Source: Candidatus Latescibacterota bacterium (lineage in GTDB: Bacteria > Latescibacterota > UBA2968). Taken from it: a stretch of 64,000 bases of DNA. Of this stretch, positions 1 to 8,693 are shown in pieces. The translations under genes and the position numbers were made by a program. Below the pieces are notes generated by a model that saw only the letters and a list, made by a program, of their open reading frames with translations, ran no database searches and was not told the origin of the DNA. Numbering within the stretch: the first letter of the stretch is position 1; every line of letters starts with the position of its first letter. Location: assembly GCA_965222605.1 (NCBI GenBank), contig OZ244960.1, forward strand, positions 3,552,001 through 3,616,000. The letters run 5' to 3'.

Positions 1-90
1 AAATTTTGATTTATCATTACGCACCCGCGGAATAAGTAAATACCTGGTCAACTTTTCTGACGGAATAACAACGTCTGATGGATTTATCAT
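1..90 (-). CDS. DUF6883-like protein, 5' part only (runs off window start)
   Basis: ATG at 90 gives MINPSDVVIPSEKLTRYLLIPRVRNDKSKF, resembling the IPxEKLTxYLL...NDKSKF N-terminus of DUF6883 proteins. Confidence 0.55.
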   Translation of the reverse strand, partial: MINPSDVVIPSEKLTRYLLIPRVRNDKSKF

Positions 91-228
91 ACTTATATCT
101 CAGTCCGCCTTTCATCTTGGTCGGTTTCAATACCCCAGTAGTCGGGTAGTCCTTCCTGATCAGAACTACATGGATGCTGCTGTCTGAGAGGGCGATTCGC
201 TACTCTTAGTTAGATACTCCTGTACCAT

Positions 229-429
229 TCAGGGCAATGCTTCAACGCGTTCCACTTCCTCTGTCAAAATTTGATTCACCACTTCGCCCAAATCTTTGCC
301 TCTTTTTTTCGCGATCTGTTCAAGCCGGTGCTGGAGTTTCGCATTGAGGTAAATTGGCAGCCGGATTGCAGCTCCCTTACGATAAAATTTTCCTCTTTCG
401 GCTCTGGAAAAATCATATTCCGGTTTCAT
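229..429 (-). CDS. BrnA/CopG-like antitoxin (no cognate toxin adjacent)
   Basis: MKPEYDFSRAERGKFY N-terminal motif followed by RHH-like segment. Confidence 0.65.
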   Translation of the reverse strand: MKPEYDFSRAERGKFYRKGAAIRLPIYLNAKLQHRLEQIAKKRGKDLGEVVNQILTEEVERVEALP

Positions 430-706
430 TGACTATCTCCGTTACATCCGTCAACTATAATTCAATCGCGAAAAATGAAATACTTGACACTTTGCAATCA
501 CATCCTATAATAGCAATAAATAGTGTAAGCACAATGCGAAAAATCGAATCGCGGAATGATTTCTCGCACCCGTGCTGTGATTGCTCTTGTATTTATTTTT
601 CACTGCCTCGCTCTCTTTTCCGTTACGGGGAGAGGCTGGGGGAGGAATGCCTTTTATCTGTGTTTATCTGTGTCCATCTGTGGTTGCTTTTCATAATGGA
701 GTTTTC

Positions 707-2179
707 ATGGCATCGACGACCAATTATCTCGCTTATGATTTGGGTGCGTCCAGTGGCCGGGCTGTTTTGGGGCGTTTTGATGGCGCGCGTCTCGATATTG
801 AAGAGATTCACCGTTTTCCCAATCAGGGGATACCCATCGGCAATCATTATTATTGGGATGCGCTGCGGCTGTTTGACGAGATGTGTACGGGGTTGCGTCT
901 CGCGGTTCGGTCTGGGGAACCGCTCAATGGCATGGGTTGTGATACGTGGGGGGTCGATTATGGCTTGCTCGATGCGCAGGACAATTTGCTCGGCAATCCC
1001 TATTGTTACCGCGATGCACGCACACAGGGGATGCTGGACATCGCGTTTGAGCGCGTTTCTCGCGAGGAGATATTTGAGCATACGGGTATTCAGTTTATGG
1101 AACTCAATACGCTCTATCAGTTGCTCGCGCAGCGTCTCGCGCGATCTCCTCAGCTCGATATCGCGCGTACGTTTCTCACGATGCCCGATTTGTTCAATTT
1201 CTGGTTTACGGGTATGAAGGTGTGTGAATATTCCAATGCCACTACCACGCAGTTCTACAATCCGCGCGAAAATGCCTGGGCAAAAGCGATGCTCAATGCG
1301 CTCGATATTCCCACTGATATGCTTCCGGATGTGGTGTCGCCAGGTACGGTGCTCGGTCCTGTTCGCAAGAGCATTGCGGATGAGATGGGTATTGCACCTG
1401 TTGACGTGATTGCACCGGCTTGTCACGATACGGGGTCGGCGGTTGCGGCTGTGCCCCTTTCTTCGCCCGATGCGGTTTATATCAGTTGTGGCACATGGGC
1501 GTTGATGGGTGCAGAACTGCCCGGACCCGCGATTAACAAAAGCGCGCTCGCGCACAATTTTACCAATGAGGGCGGTGTTGATAATACGATTCGGTTTCTG
1601 AAAAATATTTCGGGTCTGTGGATTGTGCAGGAATGCCGCCGCGTGTGGGCATTGGCGGGGAAAGAGTATTCGTGGGAAGAGTTGATGGGATTGGCGATGG
1701 CGTCCGATAGGCTCGTGTCGTTTATCGATCCCGATCACGCCGATTTTGGTACGCCCGGAGATATGCCGTCCCGTATTCGCGATTTTTGCAGGCGCACCGG
1801 TCAACTGCTACCCGATAGCGAAGGGGATATTATTCGCACGGCACTGGAGAGTCTGGCTCTCAAATGTCGCTATGTTCTGGGTCAGCTCGAAGACGCATTG
1901 GGCAAGACGCTCGGCGATATTCACATTGTGGGTGGGGGCATACACAATACGCTTTTGTGCCAATTTATCGCTTCTGCGACAGGGCGCGCGGTGCTGTCAG
2001 GTCCGGCCGAAGCTACGGCAATGGGCAATCTTTTGATGCAGGCGATGGGCAAAGGGCAGATTGGCTCGCTCGATGAACTGCGCGCTATTGTTCGCGCTTC
2101 TACTGCGATTAAAACATACATCCCGACGGATACGGACGCCTGGGACGAGGCGTTTGAAAAATTTCAACAAATAATATGA
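707..2179 (+). CDS. rhaB: Rhamnulokinase (FGGY carbohydrate kinase)
   Basis: YLAYDLGASSGR, CDTWGVDYGL, HDTGSAVAAVP, FTNEGG, IVGGG motifs; GGAG SD before ATG 707. Confidence 0.88.
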   Translation: MASTTNYLAYDLGASSGRAVLGRFDGARLDIEEIHRFPNQGIPIGNHYYWDALRLFDEMCTGLRLAVRSGEPLNGMGCDTWGVDYGLLDAQDNLLGNPYCYRDARTQGMLDIAFERVSREEIFEHTGIQFMELNTLYQLLAQRLARSPQLDIARTFLTMPDLFNFWFTGMKVCEYSNATTTQFYNPRENAWAKAMLNALDIPTDMLPDVVSPGTVLGPVRKSIADEMGIAPVDVIAPACHDTGSAVAAVPLSSPDAVYISCGTWALMGAELPGPAINKSALAHNFTNEGGVDNTIRFLKNISGLWIVQECRRVWALAGKEYSWEELMGLAMASDRLVSFIDPDHADFGTPGDMPSRIRDFCRRTGQLLPDSEGDIIRTALESLALKCRYVLGQLEDALGKTLGDIHIVGGGIHNTLLCQFIASATGRAVLSGPAEATAMGNLLMQAMGKGQIGSLDELRAIVRASTAIKTYIPTDTDAWDEAFEKFQQII

Positions 2180-2727
2180 TTTATTGCCGCTTTGAGTTCT
2201 TTGGGGCTGAATCCATAAGGGCCATGTTTGCCTGCATACGCGATGTGGTTGTCCGTGCCGACCAAGTAGAGGCGTTCGGGCCATGCGACATAGTCGTTCA
2301 TGACGGCGTCATCCATGTCGTCAACATAAGTGCGAATGCCGTATTGCATGGCATCTTCGCACGTTTTTGCAACTTTTCGGCGTTCCGCAAGCGTTTTTGG
2401 GTCGTAGATGCCCGTGTCTTTGAGTTTCCAGCCGTCTTCTGGATGGGCTTCGCGGATGTAGATTACGAGAAAGTGTACCTGTTTGTGATATGTTGCATAG
2501 AGATCGCGGAGGCTAACTGCCTCGCGGACAAAAGGCGGTCAGGTAAAGCTGCCGAAGATGAGTGCAACGGGTTTGTCACTGCAAAGTTGCGAGAGGCGCA
2601 CGGGGTTTTCGCCGTTGATGTCCGATAGTTCAAAGTCGGGTGCGAGATCTCCGGCCTTGGGCGCATGGGGATCATTCTGGTGGAGCCAGGCAGAGGCTTC
2701 GGCGCGATTTTGGAAGGTTTTGGACAT
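2164..2727 (-). CDS. Iodothyronine deiodinase-like selenoprotein (Sec at UGA 2539-2541), 187 aa
   Basis: Reading through TGA joins ORFs 2539..2727 and 2164..2349 in frame: FGSFT-U-PPF...IYIREAHPEDGW...YVAWPERLY...GPYGF, the deiodinase motif set; SECIS follows. Confidence 0.92.
2505..2526 (-). promoter_or_regulatory. Bacterial SECIS hairpin of the deiodinase-like gene
   Basis: CGCGAGGC-AGUUA-GCCUCCGCG; loop starts 20 nt after UGA with G in second loop position. Confidence 0.75.
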
Positions 2728-2819
2728 GGGGTATCCTCCGGGTTTGTTTTTTAATATTATGGATCGACAGGTCGCTTGTCAATATGTACGGTTAAGCTGA
2801 ATATAAAAAGGAGAGCGTT

Positions 2820-3935
2820 ATGGTCAGGTTCGGTGTGGTCGGCTTGAAGGGCATGGGCGGGCAGCATGTGCGGGAGATTTCAGAACTGGATCGGGCAGAA
2901 CTGGTGGCGGTGGCAGATTTGGATCTGGATTATGCGCGGCAGGTTGGAGAAGAACGGGGCGCGCGCGCCTGGGGCGATTACCGGGAGATGGTCGAGGCCG
3001 AGGATCTGGATGCGGTGGTGATTGCCACGCCGCACCATCTCCACGCGCCGATGGGTTTGCATTGTTTGGAGGCGGGGTTGCATACTTTTGTGGAGAAGCC
3101 AATTGCGAATACGGTTTCCGAAGCGGATAGGATGATCGAGGCGGCGCAGGCGCGGGGTCTGAAGTTGGCTGTGGGGCACAATTATCGCACGTTTCCCGGC
3201 AACCGCGCGCTGAAACGGCTGATTGATGACGGGGCACTGGGGCAGATTTACCGCGTGCTGTGGATGTGGATTGAAACGCGGCCAGAGGTGTATTACGACC
3301 GGGATATATGGCGGTGTACCTGGGAGCACGCAGGAGGTGGGGTGCTGATGAATCAGACGAGCCACGATCTGGATTTGCTTTGCTGGATGGTAGGCGATCC
3401 GGTTGCGGTGTCTGCGATGATGTGCAATTGGGGACATCGCGTAGAGGTTGAAGATACGGTTGTTGCCAATATCCGTTTTGCCTGTGGTGCCCATGCGAAT
3501 GTGCAGTTGAGTACGTGTGATAGGCGATTGAATTACAGACAGATTTCAGGTGATTTAGGTACGATTGAGTTTCGAGATGAGAAGAATGCCAATTCAAAGG
3601 TGCCAGATGTGTTTCGGTTGGGGCGGTACGAGGCACCTATGCGGGCGTTTATAAAAGATGATAAGAGGTCTGTCTGGCAGCCAAAGATCAGTTGGGAGGA
3701 TGTACCGTCCGATGAAGGTGGGCCAACACTGGTGGAGAGTTTTGTTTCCGCGATTCTGGATGGCGGGGAGGCGATTACAGATGGGGTGACGGCGCGGCGA
3801 ACACTGGAATTGATTAACGCGATTGTGCTTTCGGCTATGCGAAAAGAGGAGGTCGCGCTGCCGCTTGACCGAGGACGATACGATGAACTGATGGAAGAGC
3901 TGAAGCAAGGACAGACTCAGGTGTACAGGCCGTAG
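2820..3935 (+). CDS. Gfo/Idh/MocA family oxidoreductase
   Basis: GVVGLKGMG, AVVIATPHHLH, FVEKP, GGGVLMNQTSHDLD. Confidence 0.9.
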   Translation: MVRFGVVGLKGMGGQHVREISELDRAELVAVADLDLDYARQVGEERGARAWGDYREMVEAEDLDAVVIATPHHLHAPMGLHCLEAGLHTFVEKPIANTVSEADRMIEAAQARGLKLAVGHNYRTFPGNRALKRLIDDGALGQIYRVLWMWIETRPEVYYDRDIWRCTWEHAGGGVLMNQTSHDLDLLCWMVGDPVAVSAMMCNWGHRVEVEDTVVANIRFACGAHANVQLSTCDRRLNYRQISGDLGTIEFRDEKNANSKVPDVFRLGRYEAPMRAFIKDDKRSVWQPKISWEDVPSDEGGPTLVESFVSAILDGGEAITDGVTARRTLELINAIVLSAMRKEEVALPLDRGRYDELMEELKQGQTQVYRP

Positions 3936-4045
3936 GCTCTATGAAGTCTGATGGTATTGTGGTTATTTTAGGGTGGGCAAAATGGATAGGCATCGCTATA
4001 CTTTGTACAGAGTTGTCGTTTATTACAAAGATTAGAGAGAATACA

Positions 4046-5170
4046 ATGCCATACGATATATCGGAAGCCAAACGGGAGTGGTATCGAGAGATTTCTACTC
4101 GATCCAGGCTCAGGAAAAAGGCCGCAATCAATGGTGAGTTGCAACATGAACTGGGCAGAATCAATAAGCCTGTTCTGAAACCAGAGAAGTTGATGCCAAA
4201 ACAACGACAAAACGGCTTGAGATCCCTCTCGCTCTTTTCAGGTGGTGGCGGTTTGGACCTTAGTTTTGAATATGCAGGTTTTGAGCATGTTGCCAGTTTT
4301 GATATCCTGGATATTTGTGGAACTACACTACAAAGAAACCGTCCACAATGGCGCGTTCTATGTGGCTCAAAGGGTGATGTTACAAAAGCAGACTGGCCAA
4401 CATATAAGGGTAAAGTAGATCTCATTCACGGCGGTCCTCCATGCCAGCCTTTTTCAATTGCCGGAAAGCAGAGTGGGAGCAAAGACGACAGGGATATGTG
4501 GCCAGCATTTATTGACGCTGTGCTGACGCTCATGCCCGAGGTTTTCGTTGCTGAGAACGTTCCAGGCCTGCTCAATCCAAAGTTCGATAAGTATGTAAAC
4601 GAGGTGATTCTCGCGCCACTGACACCGCATTACCACATCGTAAAGTTCGAAGCTGTCGCATCCGACTTCGGTGTACCACAAATCAGGAAGCGAGTTATAT
4701 TTGTTGGCTTTCGGTCTCTCAAAGTAGCCCATCGCTACAAAATTCCTGAACCAACCCATTTCCCCAAAGATAGCTTGTTCTACTCTGGCAGACATACGAT
4801 GGGAACGAGGGCTGCTTTGGGTCTGGAAGATATTGGTTTTGATTGCTTTGCGCCTACTCTTCGCTCTGGTTTCACTGGTCCCAGAAAATCGACCAGTATT
4901 TTGAATAGTAAGGCGAGTCAAAAGGTATGGGAGAAACTCCAGATTTGGCCCAATGGCGTGCAAAAGTCCAGAGAGGAAGCCCTGATGTTTCCCCCGGAGA
5001 ATGGTCATTTCAGGCTTTCTGTTCAGGATTGTGCGCTTCTTCAGGGATTCCCAGAAGATTGGATCTTTCAAGGCGCGGCTTACCAAATACTTGGGCAAAT
5101 TGGCAATTCTGTTTGTCCACCGGTGGGTTATGCAATCGCAAAATCTGTGTCAAGTGCGTTGGGAGTGTAG
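4046..5170 (+). CDS. DNA (cytosine-5)-methyltransferase
   Basis: LFSGGGGLD (I), GGPPCQPFS (IV), ENVPGL (VI), QIRKRV (VIII), QIGNSV (X); start uncertain (3941 or 4046). Confidence 0.92.
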   Translation: MPYDISEAKREWYREISTRSRLRKKAAINGELQHELGRINKPVLKPEKLMPKQRQNGLRSLSLFSGGGGLDLSFEYAGFEHVASFDILDICGTTLQRNRPQWRVLCGSKGDVTKADWPTYKGKVDLIHGGPPCQPFSIAGKQSGSKDDRDMWPAFIDAVLTLMPEVFVAENVPGLLNPKFDKYVNEVILAPLTPHYHIVKFEAVASDFGVPQIRKRVIFVGFRSLKVAHRYKIPEPTHFPKDSLFYSGRHTMGTRAALGLEDIGFDCFAPTLRSGFTGPRKSTSILNSKASQKVWEKLQIWPNGVQKSREEALMFPPENGHFRLSVQDCALLQGFPEDWIFQGAAYQILGQIGNSVCPPVGYAIAKSVSSALGV

Positions 5171-5884
5171 ATGGCTGTCCAAGATGATCAACGAGAAAGG
5201 GAAATGTGTCAGATCATAGGGCTTAGAAAAGGAGAAGGCCGTTCTGATGTGGATGCCTTTCTCGATTTTGAGGCGTATGGACAAACCTTCACCGCGCCCA
5301 TAGAACTCAAATCGACAACACGCGGCTCCGTTTCAACTGCGAGAGATGTAGGCCCTGATCATATCGCAAAATGGCGTGCTCGGATATGGGTATTTGGCTT
5401 TTACGACGCTTCAGGAATAGAGCTACAAGGATTGCTCACGCTTGGACCTGATGATATGGAGGGCTGGATAGGCAAGGTCGAGAGTTATATTGCGCCTGAT
5501 TTTGCCATAGGAAGACGTATCGCGGATAAACTCAATCTTGAAGATTTGTACATTATTTGCGGTGAGAAGAGCAAATACAGTCTGAGTGATGCACAGGCAT
5601 TGCATAAACGACAGTGGAATCGGGATAGGTATGTTTCGGAAATGGATGATGATGAGGGCTATACGCCATCAAAGATGCTTGAGATACTCAAATTACGAGC
5701 ACGATATCTCATCCAACGCGGTTCGACTTTGAACAATCCTCATATACCGCGTTCATTTTTTCCGCAGTTCAGCGACCAGATGATTGACGTAAACAATAGC
5801 AGTGCAGAAGAAATATCAGTCGCTATACAAAGGGATATACGCGACATAACACTGGCTAACACAGCGTTGCAGTGGACGCTGTAA
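5171..5884 (+). CDS. Putative type II restriction endonuclease (PD-(D/E)XK)
   Basis: Abuts the MTase stop; SDVDA...PIELKS fits a PD-(D/E)XK core. Confidence 0.65.
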   Translation: MAVQDDQREREMCQIIGLRKGEGRSDVDAFLDFEAYGQTFTAPIELKSTTRGSVSTARDVGPDHIAKWRARIWVFGFYDASGIELQGLLTLGPDDMEGWIGKVESYIAPDFAIGRRIADKLNLEDLYIICGEKSKYSLSDAQALHKRQWNRDRYVSEMDDDEGYTPSKMLEILKLRARYLIQRGSTLNNPHIPRSFFPQFSDQMIDVNNSSAEEISVAIQRDIRDITLANTALQWTL

Positions 5885-5921
5885 ATTTGCTGCTGAAATT
5901 TTTCAGTGAAAGCGTACGAGA

Positions 5922-6293
5922 ATGGCTAAAAAAGTTTTTCTTTCTTATGCATATCAGGACCGTGGTATTGCAGAACAGGTGTCCAGATTATTGGAGGAGC
6001 ATGGTTACGATACCGACGACATATCGTTTATCGATCCTCAAGTAGAGACCAAGATTGGTGACGATATTCGGGAGTCGATAAAGCAGCAGATGTGTAGCGC
6101 GAGTAACGTGGTAATTATTGTCACGCCGAATAGTGCCAAATCACAATGGGTGAACTATGAGGCTGGAATGGCATCTGCTCTTGACAAACCAATTATACTG
6201 ATTAGAAGCAAGGACGCAAAAGATGTTGATTTTGTGACCTCGCTTGCGGACGCCCAGTTCATCGAGATAGGCAACGGAACGGGTGAACAATAG
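5922..6293 (+). CDS. Stand-alone TIR domain protein
   Basis: KVFLSYAYQD, VIIVTPNSAKSQWVNYE (catalytic Glu), KPIILI. Confidence 0.85.
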   Translation: MAKKVFLSYAYQDRGIAEQVSRLLEEHGYDTDDISFIDPQVETKIGDDIRESIKQQMCSASNVVIIVTPNSAKSQWVNYEAGMASALDKPIILIRSKDAKDVDFVTSLADAQFIEIGNGTGEQ

Positions 6294-6370
6294 GATGCTA
6301 CCCATCTGCGAAAACTCCCTGAATAATTAGCGATACTATACGATCTTTGAAAGCACAGAGGGTAAGCATA

Positions 6371-6406
6371 AACGCCATCGGCAAATAGCTGGTGGCGTCT
6401 TTTTTT
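6371..6406. terminator. Intrinsic terminator between convergent genes
   Basis: acgccatcggc-aaata-gctggtggcgt hairpin followed by a T-tract. Confidence 0.7.
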
Positions 6407-6408
6407 AT

Positions 6409-7554
6409 TTATTCCAGGGTAGGATCAATCAATTCAAGAAGTCTGCGCCGGATCTCTCTGGAAGTTGCGTCGAGATTTACAGTGGCGAATCGTATCTTGT
6501 GGCCCTGTATGTCAACCGATTCGTCAACTGAGCAAGCAACAGCGGGATGCAGGAGCATTCCCGATGCCGTGTCCGCCAAAGGATCATTCAAACCCTCTTG
6601 GGATCTCAAGTAGGCATATATCTGGTATATGTGGCCTGAAGCCAATGTTTGGTCACGGTGAAACCCTGGTTTAAGGATAGATGTAAATTTGGTGTCTATG
6701 ATGATGCGGCGACTGGAAGCGGTATGGTCTAAAACAGTATCGGCACGCATTGAGGGAAGGATGGTACCAATTCCATCAGTCATATTACCAGTGTTCCAGT
6801 GGAGTGTCTTTTGAGAATGAACTCTCCATCCCCGCTGTGCAAGCGTGACGTCGTAGAATCCGGCGATGGCCTTTTCGTTAGTGAGCAGATCCTGGTTCCA
6901 TTGTTTAGAAAAAGCGTTGACAATTTTTTCTTTATGGCCTTGACTCATAATCGCTTCAAATTCATCCGGAAACAGAAGGTACAGAAAAGCGTGTCGAAAT
7001 TGACGGCCTTGGCAGTATTTCTGAGAGTCGAGCCATTCGGCAAAGTCCCAGGGATCGGTAAGTAGCGCTTTCCGATCCTCTGAGGAAAGGGAAAACCAGC
7101 TAATCATCGTGGTGATGAAGAAGCGGCATTCACGCCAACGGGAAGTATTATAAGCCTGGCCTGGATTTACAACCCCTTTTGCCAAGACTTCGCCCAGTGC
7201 CCAATGATTATCCGGAAGTTTCGACCCCGACCATTCCCAGACTTGCCTGATCTGATCGCGTTTTGTCTCTGGTTTAAGCATGCCGTGATAGACGATTAAA
7301 AAAAGTGCCCATGTCATCTCTGCCCACAGACACTTCGCATCGGGGGAGGCGGGGTCCAGTTGTTGCTCCAGTTTCTCGTAGAATTTACCCGATCCCTTAT
7401 CCAGATTCTCGACGAAGTAGATTCGGAGTTGGTCAAAGTTTTCTCGAGTCCAGAGCGATTCTTCTGAGAATAGCGATCCGCCATCCAAAAGGCAGTGCTG
7501 CTTCCACTTTTCGGCGGCGGCGAGAATGGCTTCGGCACTTTTCGATCGGCTCAT
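6409..7554 (-). CDS. McrB N-terminal domain fused in frame to McrC C-terminal nuclease (probable deletion product)
   Basis: N-half resembles McrB N-termini and has no Walker A; C-half PSMRAD...IIDTKF...IYQIYAYL...GMLLHP is McrC-type. Confidence 0.7.
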   Translation of the reverse strand: MSRSKSAEAILAAAEKWKQHCLLDGGSLFSEESLWTRENFDQLRIYFVENLDKGSGKFYEKLEQQLDPASPDAKCLWAEMTWALFLIVYHGMLKPETKRDQIRQVWEWSGSKLPDNHWALGEVLAKGVVNPGQAYNTSRWRECRFFITTMISWFSLSSEDRKALLTDPWDFAEWLDSQKYCQGRQFRHAFLYLLFPDEFEAIMSQGHKEKIVNAFSKQWNQDLLTNEKAIAGFYDVTLAQRGWRVHSQKTLHWNTGNMTDGIGTILPSMRADTVLDHTASSRRIIIDTKFTSILKPGFHRDQTLASGHIYQIYAYLRSQEGLNDPLADTASGMLLHPAVACSVDESVDIQGHKIRFATVNLDATSREIRRRLLELIDPTLE

Positions 7555-7630
7555 AGATATATCCTTTGTTGAATTCCAGGTCCTTTTGTCGAAGATTTTG
7601 AGTGTTTGATTCCCGGAAATATACTATATA

Positions 7631-8678
7631 ACGTGATGTGTGACTTTAAATAGCGAAAAAGAGGTTCCTCGGCTATCTTGAATTGTTCACTAAACAAGAA
7701 GCCATTCAACGAAAGGAACCTCCGATGTATAATTTAGACCTTTTTGTCATTGCAATCTACTGTTTTATTGAAGACGAACTCTATCCGGCTTTCTGTAAGG
7801 TGCATGGCAAGCCCCGTCGGGCAGGCTTTGACCCCGGTTTAAGTGATGCCGAATGCCTCACCATAGAAATCGTGGGTCACTTTTTGGGATATTCAAGCCA
7901 GAAAAAACTTTATGAGCAGATGAAAGAACACTTCATAGATTGGTTTCCCACTTTGAAAGACCGTCCTGCCTTTGTGCGTCAATGTGCCAATTTGTGGGTT
8001 GTCAAGATGTGGATGCAACAGCGGATTGTTGCCAGCTTGGAAGGGCATCAGGCATCCTGCCAGATCATAGATACGCTACCCTTACCGATCTGTAAACTGG
8101 CAAGGCGACATTATCGCAAGATATTTACAAGAGAGCCAGTCTTTGAGTTCCCTCCCCCCTCAAAAGGCTTTTGTGCCGCCAAAAGTGAAGCATATTTTGG
8201 CTTTAAGGGTGGCCTTAGGATCACGGATTATGGTCTTATTGTCCACGCGCCGATCCTGCAAGCGTATGGACACGACAAGAACTGCCGAGACGCACTCCTG
8301 AATGGTACGATGGGAGAGACAACCGTCTTGGCAGATGCGGCATTTATGGACTTGGACTGGCAAAAAAGGTGTTTTGATACCTACCGCATACGCATAAAGA
8401 CACCCTTAAAGTCCAATATGAAAGAAAATCCTGAACGCACCCCTTTCATTTTGCCCAAAGCGAAGAAAGCCACAAGGCGATTAGTCGAAACCGTTTATGC
8501 ACAATTGACAGAACGTTTACATATTGCCCGCATGAAAGTGCGAGATGCATGGCACTTATTGAACCTGTGGCATACCAAAATCTTAACCCATACCATGTGT
8601 GTCTTTCTCAATATTATCAATTACAGAGACCCGCTGGATTTTGACGGTCTCGTAAAATTTTGAAGTCACACATCGCGT
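7631..8678 (+). mobile_element. IS982-family insertion sequence
   Basis: IR acgtgatgtgtgactt / aagtcacacatcgcgt (15/16); 8-bp TSD ACTATATA at 7623-7630 and 8679-8686. Confidence 0.88.
7725..8663 (+). CDS. IS982-family DDE transposase
   Basis: LSDAECLTI, IIDTLPLPIC, YFGFKG, LADAAF, RRLVETVYAQL. Confidence 0.88.
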   Translation: MYNLDLFVIAIYCFIEDELYPAFCKVHGKPRRAGFDPGLSDAECLTIEIVGHFLGYSSQKKLYEQMKEHFIDWFPTLKDRPAFVRQCANLWVVKMWMQQRIVASLEGHQASCQIIDTLPLPICKLARRHYRKIFTREPVFEFPPPSKGFCAAKSEAYFGFKGGLRITDYGLIVHAPILQAYGHDKNCRDALLNGTMGETTVLADAAFMDLDWQKRCFDTYRIRIKTPLKSNMKENPERTPFILPKAKKATRRLVETVYAQLTERLHIARMKVRDAWHLLNLWHTKILTHTMCVFLNIINYRDPLDFDGLVKF

Positions 8679-8693
8679 ACTATATATTGATTT

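Noticed and set aside
581-706. N-terminal extension of rhamnulokinase
   Set aside because: Translates through intergenic repeat-like sequence; SD and family start point to 707
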